From an uncultured Chloroflexia bacterium (GTDB taxonomy: Bacteria; Chloroflexota; Anaerolineae; JAAYZQ01): DNA of 64,000 nucleotides. Below are positions 31,147-39,308 of the stretch, in pieces (the first letter of the stretch is position 1; each line of letters opens with the position of its first letter). Where the stretch lies: NCBI GenBank assembly GCA_963700285.1, contig CAVOXA010000001.1, positions 1,728,001 to 1,792,000 on the forward strand. The letters run 5' to 3'. Made by a program: the position numbers and the translations under genes. Below the pieces are notes generated by a model that saw only the letters and a program-made list of their open reading frames with translations, made no database searches and had not been told where the DNA came from.

Positions 31147-31617
31147 CTACGGTGAGATTACGACCAAGGTAGCTAGCACACCTAGCACCAGTAGCAGCAC
31201 GGCCGTCACGCCAATCATGGCGAATATCAAAGGGTGAAGAGCGCCATCCGCCGGCCCCGCGGCTGCGTCTGAATAGCCAGGCTCGTCGATGGGCGCCATG
31301 CCTGCTTCGTCGTACAGCGCGTAGAAGGCAAGTACCGTACTGGCCAGTCGAACGCGGTCGCCGGAAGAGAGCAGGTGGGGCACGTGCGGCTGAATCGCCT
31401 GCTCGTTGACAAAGGTACCGTTCCGGCTGTTCAGATCTTTGATGATCCAGTCACCGTTCTCGTAGCTGACCCTCGCGTGTTGGCGCGAAGCTAGCTCGTC
31501 AGCCAGTACAATGTCGCACTGCAAAGAGCGCCCCAGCGTGGCCTGACCGTCGGCCACCAGGTGTTCCTGACCAACATCTGGGCCATCCATTACCACGAAC
31601 CTGGCAACTGGAGACAT
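31147..31617 (-). CDS. FHA - C-terminal TM protein
   Basis: LGRSLQCD..ASRQHA..DLNSRNGTFVN; C-terminal hydrophobic helix. Confidence 0.92.
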   Translation of the reverse strand: MSPVARFVVMDGPDVGQEHLVADGQATLGRSLQCDIVLADELASRQHARVSYENGDWIIKDLNSRNGTFVNEQAIQPHVPHLLSSGDRVRLASTVLAFYALYDEAGMAPIDEPGYSDAAAGPADGALHPLIFAMIGVTAVLLLVLGVLATLVVISP

Positions 31618-31714
31618 GAAACCTCCTCCAAGGCCACAGCGTTTTGAATCTGCTCAGCCCTGCCGTTCTGCGGCCGTCGGGTGCGACACTCGGCGATGTC
31701 TTGGTTCGGCTGCC

Positions 31715-33535
31715 CTACTCGACCCAATCCATCCGGGTCCAGGTCCACTCTGGTCCGGTCTCGCCGTCGAACATCTCAAAAGCCCCGCCGCCGATGCCTG
31801 ACGTCACCCAGACCGCCCCCTGCCCGCCCCGGTCAGAACGAAAGGCGATCCGCAGGCCACTGGGTGACCATACCGGCATGGTATCGGTGGCTGCGTTAAG
31901 TGTGATACGCCGCAACCAGGACCCGTCCGAGTTGATAACATAGATCTCCCAGTTCCCATCCCGGTCGGACATGAAGGCGATCTGCCCGCCGTTGGGCGAC
32001 CACCGGGGCGCTGCATCGTTGGCATGGGTCGTGATCTGTCTCGGATTCGAGCCGTCGGCGTTGGCCACCACCACTCCACACCTGCCCCCGCTCACACAAC
32101 CCCGGTATACGATCTGATCGCCCGCCGGCGACCAGGCAGGATACTCCCCCGAGCCAATGTCCCGGCGCCCGGTCCCATCTCGATTGATGACGTGCAGGGA
32201 CTTTAGATCGTCGTTGAAGAATGAGATGCGCTCGCCATCGGGGGCAAAAGAGGGGTAGCCGTCCTTGTCCACAGCCGTCAGCGGCTGGTCGTCGTTGCCA
32301 TCGGTGTTGACCACCCGTAGGCCGGCCGTGTCGGCGCCCCAGGAGTGATAGACCAGGCGCTGGCCATCGGGTGAAAAGTCCGGATCGCCAGCCTCCTCGA
32401 TAAAAAGAGAGACCTGCCCATCCGCAGCATCGGCCAGATAGAGGTCGTATTCTTCCCTATCCTTGTCATAGATGCCCAGGGCCATCCGTCCCTCGACCGG
32501 CCCCAATTTTGGCAAAGCGATCCCCTGGCCCGGAAAGACGAGGTTCAGCAGCGCCTGGGTATCCTGCTCTGAAAGGCCCGGGAAAGAGGCGGCGACCACC
32601 TGAGGTAACCGTGCCGGAATCACGCCAGGGAACAGAGAGCCGATCATACCCTGCGCCTGCTGAGGCGTGAGCGTCTGCATCTGTGCCGCAATGGCCTGGG
32701 GAAGTTGATCGGGTGGTACGCCCGGAAAGGCCGTGGCCACCATGACAGGCAATTGTTCCAGCCCGCCTGCCGGGAGCGCTCCGAGGGCTGGCGCTCCGGC
32801 AGCCGGCGCCTGTGTTGGTTGCACGGGCGGAGGAGCCGGAGCTTTGACCTCGACGGTGGGTTGCAGCTCGACCGTAGGAGCATCGATGTCGACGATCGCA
32901 GTGGCCGCCGAATGCGCTGGTGGCTGCGGCGTTGGCGTCGCGGCAAGCTCGATAGGGGCGGTCGATGCCGTCAAAGCTGCCGGGCCTGCCACGGCTACGG
33001 TGGGCTCGGGCCCGCCCGGGCGCGTTCTCAGTGCCTGAAACAGGACCAGGGCGACTGCCACGGCTAACACGGCAACTATCGCCACCAGACCCCAGATCAG
33101 GTATCGCTGCCGGCTGTCTTCGGCCGCGGGTCCGTCCTCGGGTACATAATACTCCCGTTCCCAGTCAGTCTCAGGCCCCTCCCCTCGAGCTGGTGCAACC
33201 GCTGCAGACGCGGGGAATGCCATGGTGGCATCGCAGCTCAATATCGTATTCCCGATCTGGACTTGGTCTCCCGGCCGCAGAACTCGAGGCCCTGAGATAC
33301 GCTCGTTGTTGACGAGCGTCCCGTTCACGCTACCCAGGTCCCGGATATAGAACTGGTCGCCCTGCTGGCTGATCTCGGCATGGCTCCGGGATGCCTGGCT
33401 GTCCTCCAGGACAATGTCGTTCGCTGATCCCCGGCCCAGCCGCACAGACGGTCGGTCAACGGGGAACTGTATGCCCGCCTGCGGGCCTCTTTGTACAGTC
33501 AGTACCATCATGCAATTCACCGCCTTTCTTAGCAT
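31715..33535 (-). CDS. FHA - TM - FPG repeats - TolB-like (PD40) beta-propeller protein
   Basis: LGRGSAND..ASRSHA..DLGSVNGT; TM; repeated PDFSPDG/PAWSP/PRWSPNG/PVWSPSG; true start may be ~33511. Confidence 0.9.
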   Translation of the reverse strand: MLRKAVNCMMVLTVQRGPQAGIQFPVDRPSVRLGRGSANDIVLEDSQASRSHAEISQQGDQFYIRDLGSVNGTLVNNERISGPRVLRPGDQVQIGNTILSCDATMAFPASAAVAPARGEGPETDWEREYYVPEDGPAAEDSRQRYLIWGLVAIVAVLAVAVALVLFQALRTRPGGPEPTVAVAGPAALTASTAPIELAATPTPQPPAHSAATAIVDIDAPTVELQPTVEVKAPAPPPVQPTQAPAAGAPALGALPAGGLEQLPVMVATAFPGVPPDQLPQAIAAQMQTLTPQQAQGMIGSLFPGVIPARLPQVVAASFPGLSEQDTQALLNLVFPGQGIALPKLGPVEGRMALGIYDKDREEYDLYLADAADGQVSLFIEEAGDPDFSPDGQRLVYHSWGADTAGLRVVNTDGNDDQPLTAVDKDGYPSFAPDGERISFFNDDLKSLHVINRDGTGRRDIGSGEYPAWSPAGDQIVYRGCVSGGRCGVVVANADGSNPRQITTHANDAAPRWSPNGGQIAFMSDRDGNWEIYVINSDGSWLRRITLNAATDTMPVWSPSGLRIAFRSDRGGQGAVWVTSGIGGGAFEMFDGETGPEWTWTRMDWVE

Positions 33536-33677
33536 GCCGGACTGGTGCTCAGGGACTGGAGCTTTTGCGACTGGTCTGCGCAGCAGGCTCAGGAAGCAGA
33601 GCCGGCGAAAGAGGCCTGTACGGCCGACCTGCTATCTTATGCTAGCCGCCCCGTGTTCGATGCAGGATGGCGGCGGC

Positions 33678-34280
33678 CTATTGGGGCACTGGCGTTACCG
33701 TCGCCCCAATACGGAGCTCCAGAAGGTCCTTCGGGATCCTGGTAACCACGCCGGGTACCAATTCTTGGATCTGGGCTGGCATTGGCAGAGTGGTCAGTAT
33801 CCCCTCAATCTGGCCCATGGGTTCCGCCATGGGAGGCGCTGGCTCCGGCTGTAGCATGGTGACTAGCAGCAGTACAATGCCGCTCAACGCGACAACCAGC
33901 AGGACAGCGCCTGCGACCATCAAGACCGGGTGGCGTGCAGTGGAGGCTCGATTCCCTCGATGGACCTCCTTTGCCCCAGGGGCGTCTTCCCGTCTATCCC
34001 GCCGGATAGTCAGGATCGCACTGCCTATCGCCACCCGGTCCCCGGCCCGTAGCAGATACGCGCCATCTATGCTCCGGCCGTTGACGTAGGTACCATTTGT
34101 ACTGCCCAGATCACTCAGCACCCAGCCTTGGGAGCCACGCTCTATGCGGGCATGCCGTCGTGAGACTCCCTGATCGCTTAGCACCAAGTCATTCTCAGCG
34201 CCGCGCCCGATGGCCATCACCGGCTTTTTCAGGGCAAAGCCCTGCCCTGAACTGCTCCCCTGCTCAATGACCAGTTGCAC
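33678..34280 (-). CDS. FHA - TM protein
   Basis: IGRGAEND..VSRRHA..DLGSTNGTYVNG; TM VLMVAGAVLLVVALSGIVLLLV. Confidence 0.92.
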   Translation of the reverse strand: MQLVIEQGSSSGQGFALKKPVMAIGRGAENDLVLSDQGVSRRHARIERGSQGWVLSDLGSTNGTYVNGRSIDGAYLLRAGDRVAIGSAILTIRRDRREDAPGAKEVHRGNRASTARHPVLMVAGAVLLVVALSGIVLLLVTMLQPEPAPPMAEPMGQIEGILTTLPMPAQIQELVPGVVTRIPKDLLELRIGATVTPVPQ

Positions 34281-34340
34281 GCTGCCTCCCGTCGCGACGT
34301 CTACGTCAAGTAGATCCTCGCCCGGCGAAATGTGAGTGGA

Positions 34341-36164
34341 TCAGGTTACCCTGGTGAAAATGAACGCTGCATCGCCAAATCGGACGATGTCCCCATGCTC
34401 CAGGCGGCGGGGATCTTTGACCGGCTCGTCATTCACAAAGGTCCCGTTGGCACTGCCGATGTCAAAGACCACAAAGTCCTGGTCCTCCAGCTTGATCCAG
34501 GCGTGATTGCGGGAAATGGTGGGATCATCCAGGATGATCTGGTTGTCCCGTGCGCGACCGATGTTCGTCATCTCCTGAAGATCGTACTTTTGGCTGGGCC
34601 TGGACTTGTCCACCAACATGGCCACGTACCTGGTCTGGCGTTTGATGAGGCGTGTGCCTCCAGCTTGGGGAATGCCAGGCTCCATAGGGGTGTCAGCGGG
34701 TTGCCCGCCAACAATCGGAGCGGCCGGCGTGGCCCCTGGCCAGGGGGCAGGGAACTGGTCCATGGCACCCTCGGTTGCCGCGTCCATCATCGGCGTCCTG
34801 GGGCCAGCGGTGTCTGCAGCCCAGCCGCCAGCGGATGCACCATACGTAACGTCATATTCTTGGCTATCCAAGTCCTCTTGCTCGTCTCGTCGCCCTCTTA
34901 GCAGAACGATCAGTAGGGCCACGATGAGGATAATGAGGAGCAGGACACCTGCTCCGATCACTATGCCCAGAGAGGGGTTCTCCTGGAAGGCGTCGATGAT
35001 CCTCTCTATCAGGCCAGGCTCTTCCGGAGGCGGTGGCGGGGGGACTGGCTCAACCGGGGCCGTGGTTGGTACCTCTTCCGTGGCCACTGCGACAACTGGG
35101 CCTGTCGTCTGCGCATCTGTTGGCGCCGGCAAGGTGGGTGTTGTCCCAGTTTCAGGCTGCGGGGGTGGTATGGGTCTCAGCGGGTCCTCACTGAACGTGA
35201 ACTTGACCTCGCCGTAGCCTTGTCCCTGGGGGATCTGGGCCCGCACAAGTAGGCTGTGGGGGTTGTCATCCTCCTGTATCCTCGACTGGTAGGTCAGGAC
35301 ATACTGCTCCTTAAGCTGGTTGACGACGTTTTCAAAGAGTGGTGTCAGTTCCTCAGGCTCGGGCGCTTGTTGATAAACCGCTCCCGTTCGTTCGGCCACG
35401 CGATTCAGATACTTTGTGTCAATCCCCCCCAGCCCCACCAGGCCAATGGTAAAGATAGGGATGTTTCGTCGGTTGGCTTCGTTGATGGGATCGTCGGGGG
35501 AGACCTGGCTACCAGCATCCTTGACGGGTGTACCCTGCGCGTTGTCGCGCTCGTCCCGGCCGTCTGTCAACACGACCACCGCCCGCTTGCCCGGCGGTTC
35601 TGCGGCAACCCACTTGACCCCCTTGTAGATGGCATCGTACAAGGGGGTGTCCCACCCGATCTTTTGGTCAAGAAAGTTCACCACATTGCGCACGGCGTTC
35701 TTGTCGGTGGTGAACGCAAGCTCCTTGCCCTCTTCGATATTGGCGGGATCGATGTCGACTTTGTCAGTAAAGGCGATGATAGCTACCCGATCCGTAGGTG
35801 ACAACTGGTCGAGCAGGGCATTGGCTGCCCTCATAGCCTCCTTGATCGGTTTGTCCCTCATGCTGCCACTGATGTCGATCACCATGACAACAGAGATGCC
35901 AGCATCAGGGTTCACTTGGGTCGACACCTGTGCGGGCGGGAATGAGGCCATTCCGTCTTCGACGATCTCAAAGTTCTGCGTGCCTAGACCGGGGATGGGG
36001 ACACCGTTTTCGTTGCGGACCGTCACCCAGGCCTCAGTCACCGGGTGCTGATCCAGGGTCAGTTCGTCGACGGAAAGGTTCACCACACCCTGGGCACTGG
36101 TGGGCAAGGCGCTGACCAGTATCGTCAACAGAATGAGCGTGGCGGCAATCCAACGTTTCTTCAT
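34341..36164 (-). CDS. Signal peptide - vWA (MIDAS) - TM - cytoplasmic FHA protein
   Basis: Signal ending TSA-Q; DISGS..TPLYDA..LTDG MIDAS; TM LGIVIGAGVLLLIILIVALLIVLL; C-terminal IGRARDN..ISRNHA..SANGTFVN; GAGGAGGAG RBS. Confidence 0.93.
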   Translation of the reverse strand: MKKRWIAATLILLTILVSALPTSAQGVVNLSVDELTLDQHPVTEAWVTVRNENGVPIPGLGTQNFEIVEDGMASFPPAQVSTQVNPDAGISVVMVIDISGSMRDKPIKEAMRAANALLDQLSPTDRVAIIAFTDKVDIDPANIEEGKELAFTTDKNAVRNVVNFLDQKIGWDTPLYDAIYKGVKWVAAEPPGKRAVVVLTDGRDERDNAQGTPVKDAGSQVSPDDPINEANRRNIPIFTIGLVGLGGIDTKYLNRVAERTGAVYQQAPEPEELTPLFENVVNQLKEQYVLTYQSRIQEDDNPHSLLVRAQIPQGQGYGEVKFTFSEDPLRPIPPPQPETGTTPTLPAPTDAQTTGPVVAVATEEVPTTAPVEPVPPPPPPEEPGLIERIIDAFQENPSLGIVIGAGVLLLIILIVALLIVLLRGRRDEQEDLDSQEYDVTYGASAGGWAADTAGPRTPMMDAATEGAMDQFPAPWPGATPAAPIVGGQPADTPMEPGIPQAGGTRLIKRQTRYVAMLVDKSRPSQKYDLQEMTNIGRARDNQIILDDPTISRNHAWIKLEDQDFVVFDIGSANGTFVNDEPVKDPRRLEHGDIVRFGDAAFIFTRVT

Positions 36165-36338
36165 AGTAGTCTCCTCCTCTCAAGAGCCATAGCTACCCAA
36201 TTGGGGCTTGGCCTTTCTAGGACTGGATATCGCTTCTGGGGTCTGGAAAGCAGCGCTAACTACCGCACCCTGGCAGTCATAGCTATCCAGGAAGCGGTCG
36301 CGACAGACCGCCAGCGCACCAGTCAAGACGACGGATTG

Positions 36339-36920
36339 CTACAGTCTCTTGAAAACCAGCGTAGTCTCGCCCACGAGCAAATAGTCGCCATCCTGGAGTT
36401 CATGACGGTACGTGCGGTTTTCCTCGCTCTTGTAGGATTCCTTGTCGCCGATGAATGTCCCATTTCGGGCGCCCATATCGTACAACACGAAAGTGGGCTC
36501 CTTGCCCTCCATGGGCTCGGTACGGATCCTAGCGTGTTGTGCCGAGCATGTCTCATCGCGCACTATGATGTGGTTGCCTGCGACCCGACCCAGGGTTGTG
36601 TTGTCAGGCTTGAGTACGTGTACCGTTCCGATTGAATGGCGATCCGGGCCATCGACCACGACCAGCCAGGCAAAGACGGGAGTTGGCCGCTCACTGATGA
36701 CCATGGTTTGATCCTGGGCCGCCCCCGGATCCTGGTGAGGGGGAGCAGTCGGCGCAAAGCCTTGCCTGGCTCCTGCGCCCCATCCACCCTGATCGCCCAA
36801 CGGGAGGGTGGGCGGCGTCGCCCCCTCCATATTCGCATACTCTGTCTCTCGGTCATCCAGATCAGTTCCCGGCTGGAGCCACGGTTCCTGCCGATTGGGG
36901 GTTGTACGATCTTCTGACAC
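36339..36920 (-). CDS. Soluble FHA protein with disordered Thr-containing N-terminal arm
   Basis: LGRVAGN..CSAQHA..ARNGTF..ELQDGDYLLVGET; no TM; GGAGGAGG RBS before GTG. Confidence 0.88.
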   Translation of the reverse strand: MSEDRTTPNRQEPWLQPGTDLDDRETEYANMEGATPPTLPLGDQGGWGAGARQGFAPTAPPHQDPGAAQDQTMVISERPTPVFAWLVVVDGPDRHSIGTVHVLKPDNTTLGRVAGNHIIVRDETCSAQHARIRTEPMEGKEPTFVLYDMGARNGTFIGDKESYKSEENRTYRHELQDGDYLLVGETTLVFKRL

Positions 36921-37001
36921 TGTGTCCTCCTCCCTGTCTCATTGTTGTTCTGTCTGACTACATTCTGGGCAGAAAAGCTCCACCAACCTGCCCTTGCCCG
37001 A

Positions 37002-38684
37002 CTATGGACCCACATCTAGCCTCAGGACATTGTCTCCGATGGCGATCATGGCCCCGGTCCTCAATGGGATCTCGCCATAGACCCTCTGGCTGTCTACCCA
37101 GGTGCCATTCATGGACATGTCCTCCAACCAGTAGCTGCTGCCCCGTAGTACGATTCTTGCATGCTGGCGAGAAATCGCTGGATTCGCTGGGCCAAGGTTC
37201 ATCCGCCCAAGGACCAGGGTCTGATTCGAAAGGGGGATCTGTTGTCTTTCTCGTGGGCCCTGCACGATGGTAAGTCGTGCCTTTTGTGATCCCTTGGGCG
37301 GCACCGAAAAGTCTCCAAAGACACTATGCCCAAGGGCCTTGCCCATCTCTTTGGCCGAGCGATAGCGTTTGCTCCTGTCCTTTTCGAGTGCTCGCATCGC
37401 GATGTGTTCCATCTGCCTGGATACTTGGGCATTCGGGTTCCGCCTCCGGATCGGTTCAGGCCGTTCTTGGAGGTGCTGGCGAATCACTTCCATGGCAGCC
37501 TTGACGTGGTTATCGGTGCGCGGCCGACGGAAGGGAACGCTGCCCGCGAGCATTTCATACAGCACAATGCCCAGGGAGTAAACATCGCTGGCAGGCCACA
37601 CCGGCTCGCCCCGAGCCTGCTCCGGCGAGATGTACTCAGGAGTGCCCACAATCCTATCCCGCGTAACCGTGGAGGCTGAAGTCAGTTTGGCGATACCAAA
37701 GTCCAGAACCTTAACCTTCCAGTCGCCCAGGACCAGGACGTTCTCAGGTTTGATGTCGCGGTGGACTATATCGTTCTCATGGGCAAAGGCCAGCGCTCTG
37801 CACACTTGATCCACGATTCTCAAGATCTGTGGTTCTGGCAATGGTTGTTGCATGATCTTGCGCAGAGACGCGGCATCGACGTACTCCATAACAAGATACA
37901 GTCGGTTGTCCTGACTCTGGCCAAACTTGTGGACATACACAATGTTCGGATGGCCTCTCAGACGAGGCCCGATGCTGTTGCCCTCTTGGACAAATTTGTT
38001 CACCAGATATGGGTTGGTTTCCTGAAGGATCTTGATGGCCACCGTCTCGCCATTTGGGTCGCGTGCCTTGAATACCTCGGACATTCCGCCTCGACCAATC
38101 AGGTTCTCCAGGTAGTAGCCATCAAAGAGTTCTCCCATGACATGTGGCTCTACGGTACGGATAGGTGAGGGAGGAGGTGAAGGCAATGATTTGCCGATGG
38201 TACCAAAGACGAACTGTGATTGCCAGATCTGAATGCGATCGCCGGGTACCAGGACATGGCGCCCTACCCGTTCATCGTTGACCCAAGTTCCATTGGCACT
38301 ATCGCGATCGTAGAGGACGTGCTGCCCGTGCTCTTTCACGATGACTGCGTGGTAGCGCGAGACCATCAGTTCGTCCTCTAGCACAATGCTATTGTCGGGG
38401 TGCCGCCCAATCGTTAATCCCTGGGAGGGGATAGAAAAGCGCTGTTGAGCCAAAGGACCCTGTGTGACAGCCAGCTCGACCGGACTTGCTTCCTGAACTG
38501 CCTGGCCTTGGTTGCTACAGGTAGAACACACGGTGAAACCATTAGGAAGTCGAGCGCCGCACATGGGGCAGCGGTTTGCCCGCTTCTCTCGGGCAAAGAT
38601 CACACTTGCGGCCACAATTGTGGCTAGGAGTGTTGCCGCGGCGAAAATGAACATGACTGTGGATGGGCTGAGCCGTGCCTCCAT
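37002..38684 (-). CDS. Ser/Thr kinase 5 (TM - zinc ribbon - FHA - kinase - FHA)
   Basis: N-terminal TM; CPMCG..CSTC; FHA IGRHPDN..SRYHA..SANGT; IGRGGMS, HRDIKPEN, DFGIA, GTPEYISPEQ; second FHA LGR..ISRQHA..SMNGT. Confidence 0.93.
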   Translation of the reverse strand: MEARLSPSTVMFIFAAATLLATIVAASVIFAREKRANRCPMCGARLPNGFTVCSTCSNQGQAVQEASPVELAVTQGPLAQQRFSIPSQGLTIGRHPDNSIVLEDELMVSRYHAVIVKEHGQHVLYDRDSANGTWVNDERVGRHVLVPGDRIQIWQSQFVFGTIGKSLPSPPPSPIRTVEPHVMGELFDGYYLENLIGRGGMSEVFKARDPNGETVAIKILQETNPYLVNKFVQEGNSIGPRLRGHPNIVYVHKFGQSQDNRLYLVMEYVDAASLRKIMQQPLPEPQILRIVDQVCRALAFAHENDIVHRDIKPENVLVLGDWKVKVLDFGIAKLTSASTVTRDRIVGTPEYISPEQARGEPVWPASDVYSLGIVLYEMLAGSVPFRRPRTDNHVKAAMEVIRQHLQERPEPIRRRNPNAQVSRQMEHIAMRALEKDRSKRYRSAKEMGKALGHSVFGDFSVPPKGSQKARLTIVQGPRERQQIPLSNQTLVLGRMNLGPANPAISRQHARIVLRGSSYWLEDMSMNGTWVDSQRVYGEIPLRTGAMIAIGDNVLRLDVGP

Positions 38685-39011
38685 GGGCTTGAAGCCGGAC
38701 CCTTTCAAAGCTGCCATCGACATGCCGAGCCTGAGAACCGCGAGGTTGCGTCCAGTGGGCTTGTTCCTTGAGCACATGCTGCGCGGTTGGCAAGCCGGTG
38801 GCAGGTAGGTGATTACTGACAGTCGATGTGAAACAAGGGCGCCCTTGCCCTAAGCAGCAGTTGGGGACGTTTTGCAGGCATGGACGCCTTTTTTCAAAAA
38901 GGTGGGTGCCTCCCCTCCTTCTCCCGAGAACTGCACATACTCGGGCCGCATCATTCGCTCGTCATCAGGGCGATACGTCAAGAAGAAAAGTGCTCTTGTT
39001 GAGTGATGAAG

Positions 39012-39040
39012 ATTATACCATCGATAATGAGCGTTGTACG
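39012..39040 (-). promoter_or_regulatory. Putative extended -10 sigma70 promoter for the signalling island
   Basis: Minus strand TGG-TATAAT (TATAAT at 39017-39012); weak -35 (CGTACA) at 17 bp; ~330 bp upstream of the kinase 5 start. Confidence 0.55.
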
Positions 39041-39220
39041 GCTGTTGCAAAGTCGTCATCGCGAGTGTCAGCGCCTGTCCCGAGCATGTCCTGAGTCCGC
39101 GAAGGGCCTGGAGGGAAAGCGATCTCCACTTGTGCCCTGGGGATTGCCACGGCGCAAACAGCGCGCCTCGCAATGACAGATCTGACTGGCAGTGCACGTC
39201 AAGGGACAATGCAACAGCCG
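39039..39220. mobile_element. MITE-like element with nested palindromic repeat
   Basis: Perfect 11-bp terminal inverted repeat CGGCTGTTGCA (39039-39049) / TGCAACAGCCG (39210-39220). Inside is GTCATCGCGAG (39055-39065) / CTCGCAATGAC (39167-39177), one mismatch. No transposase. Confidence 0.6.
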
Positions 39221-39308
39221 CATTTTTGCGTTGCGCCAAGAAGCGCAATACCAGTGATGGATCATGATCCTGGTACCTGGCACCGGTTTCGGCAGGGACA
39301 GGGTCTGT

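Noticed and set aside
36180-36290. Imperfect direct repeat GG(A/G)TAGCTATG(A/G)CT upstream of the vWA-FHA gene
   Set aside because: Only two copies with mismatches and no supporting structure; could be chance.
1599-38168. Long plus-strand ORFs (e.g. 1599..2498, 5815..6777, 19995..21308)
   Set aside because: Antisense shadows of high-GC minus-strand genes with no recognisable motifs.
1-38684. Type VI or type VII secretion locus
   Set aside because: No sheath, Hcp, VgrG, WXG100 or FtsK/EssC genes were detected in the window.
38700-38780. c-di-GMP-I riboswitch-like fragments (GACGCAA...ATGGCAGC, minus strand) in the island leader
   Set aside because: The 5' GGCAAA and GNRA-capped stem are missing. 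An Infernal search with RF01051 would be needed; the visual match is too partial.
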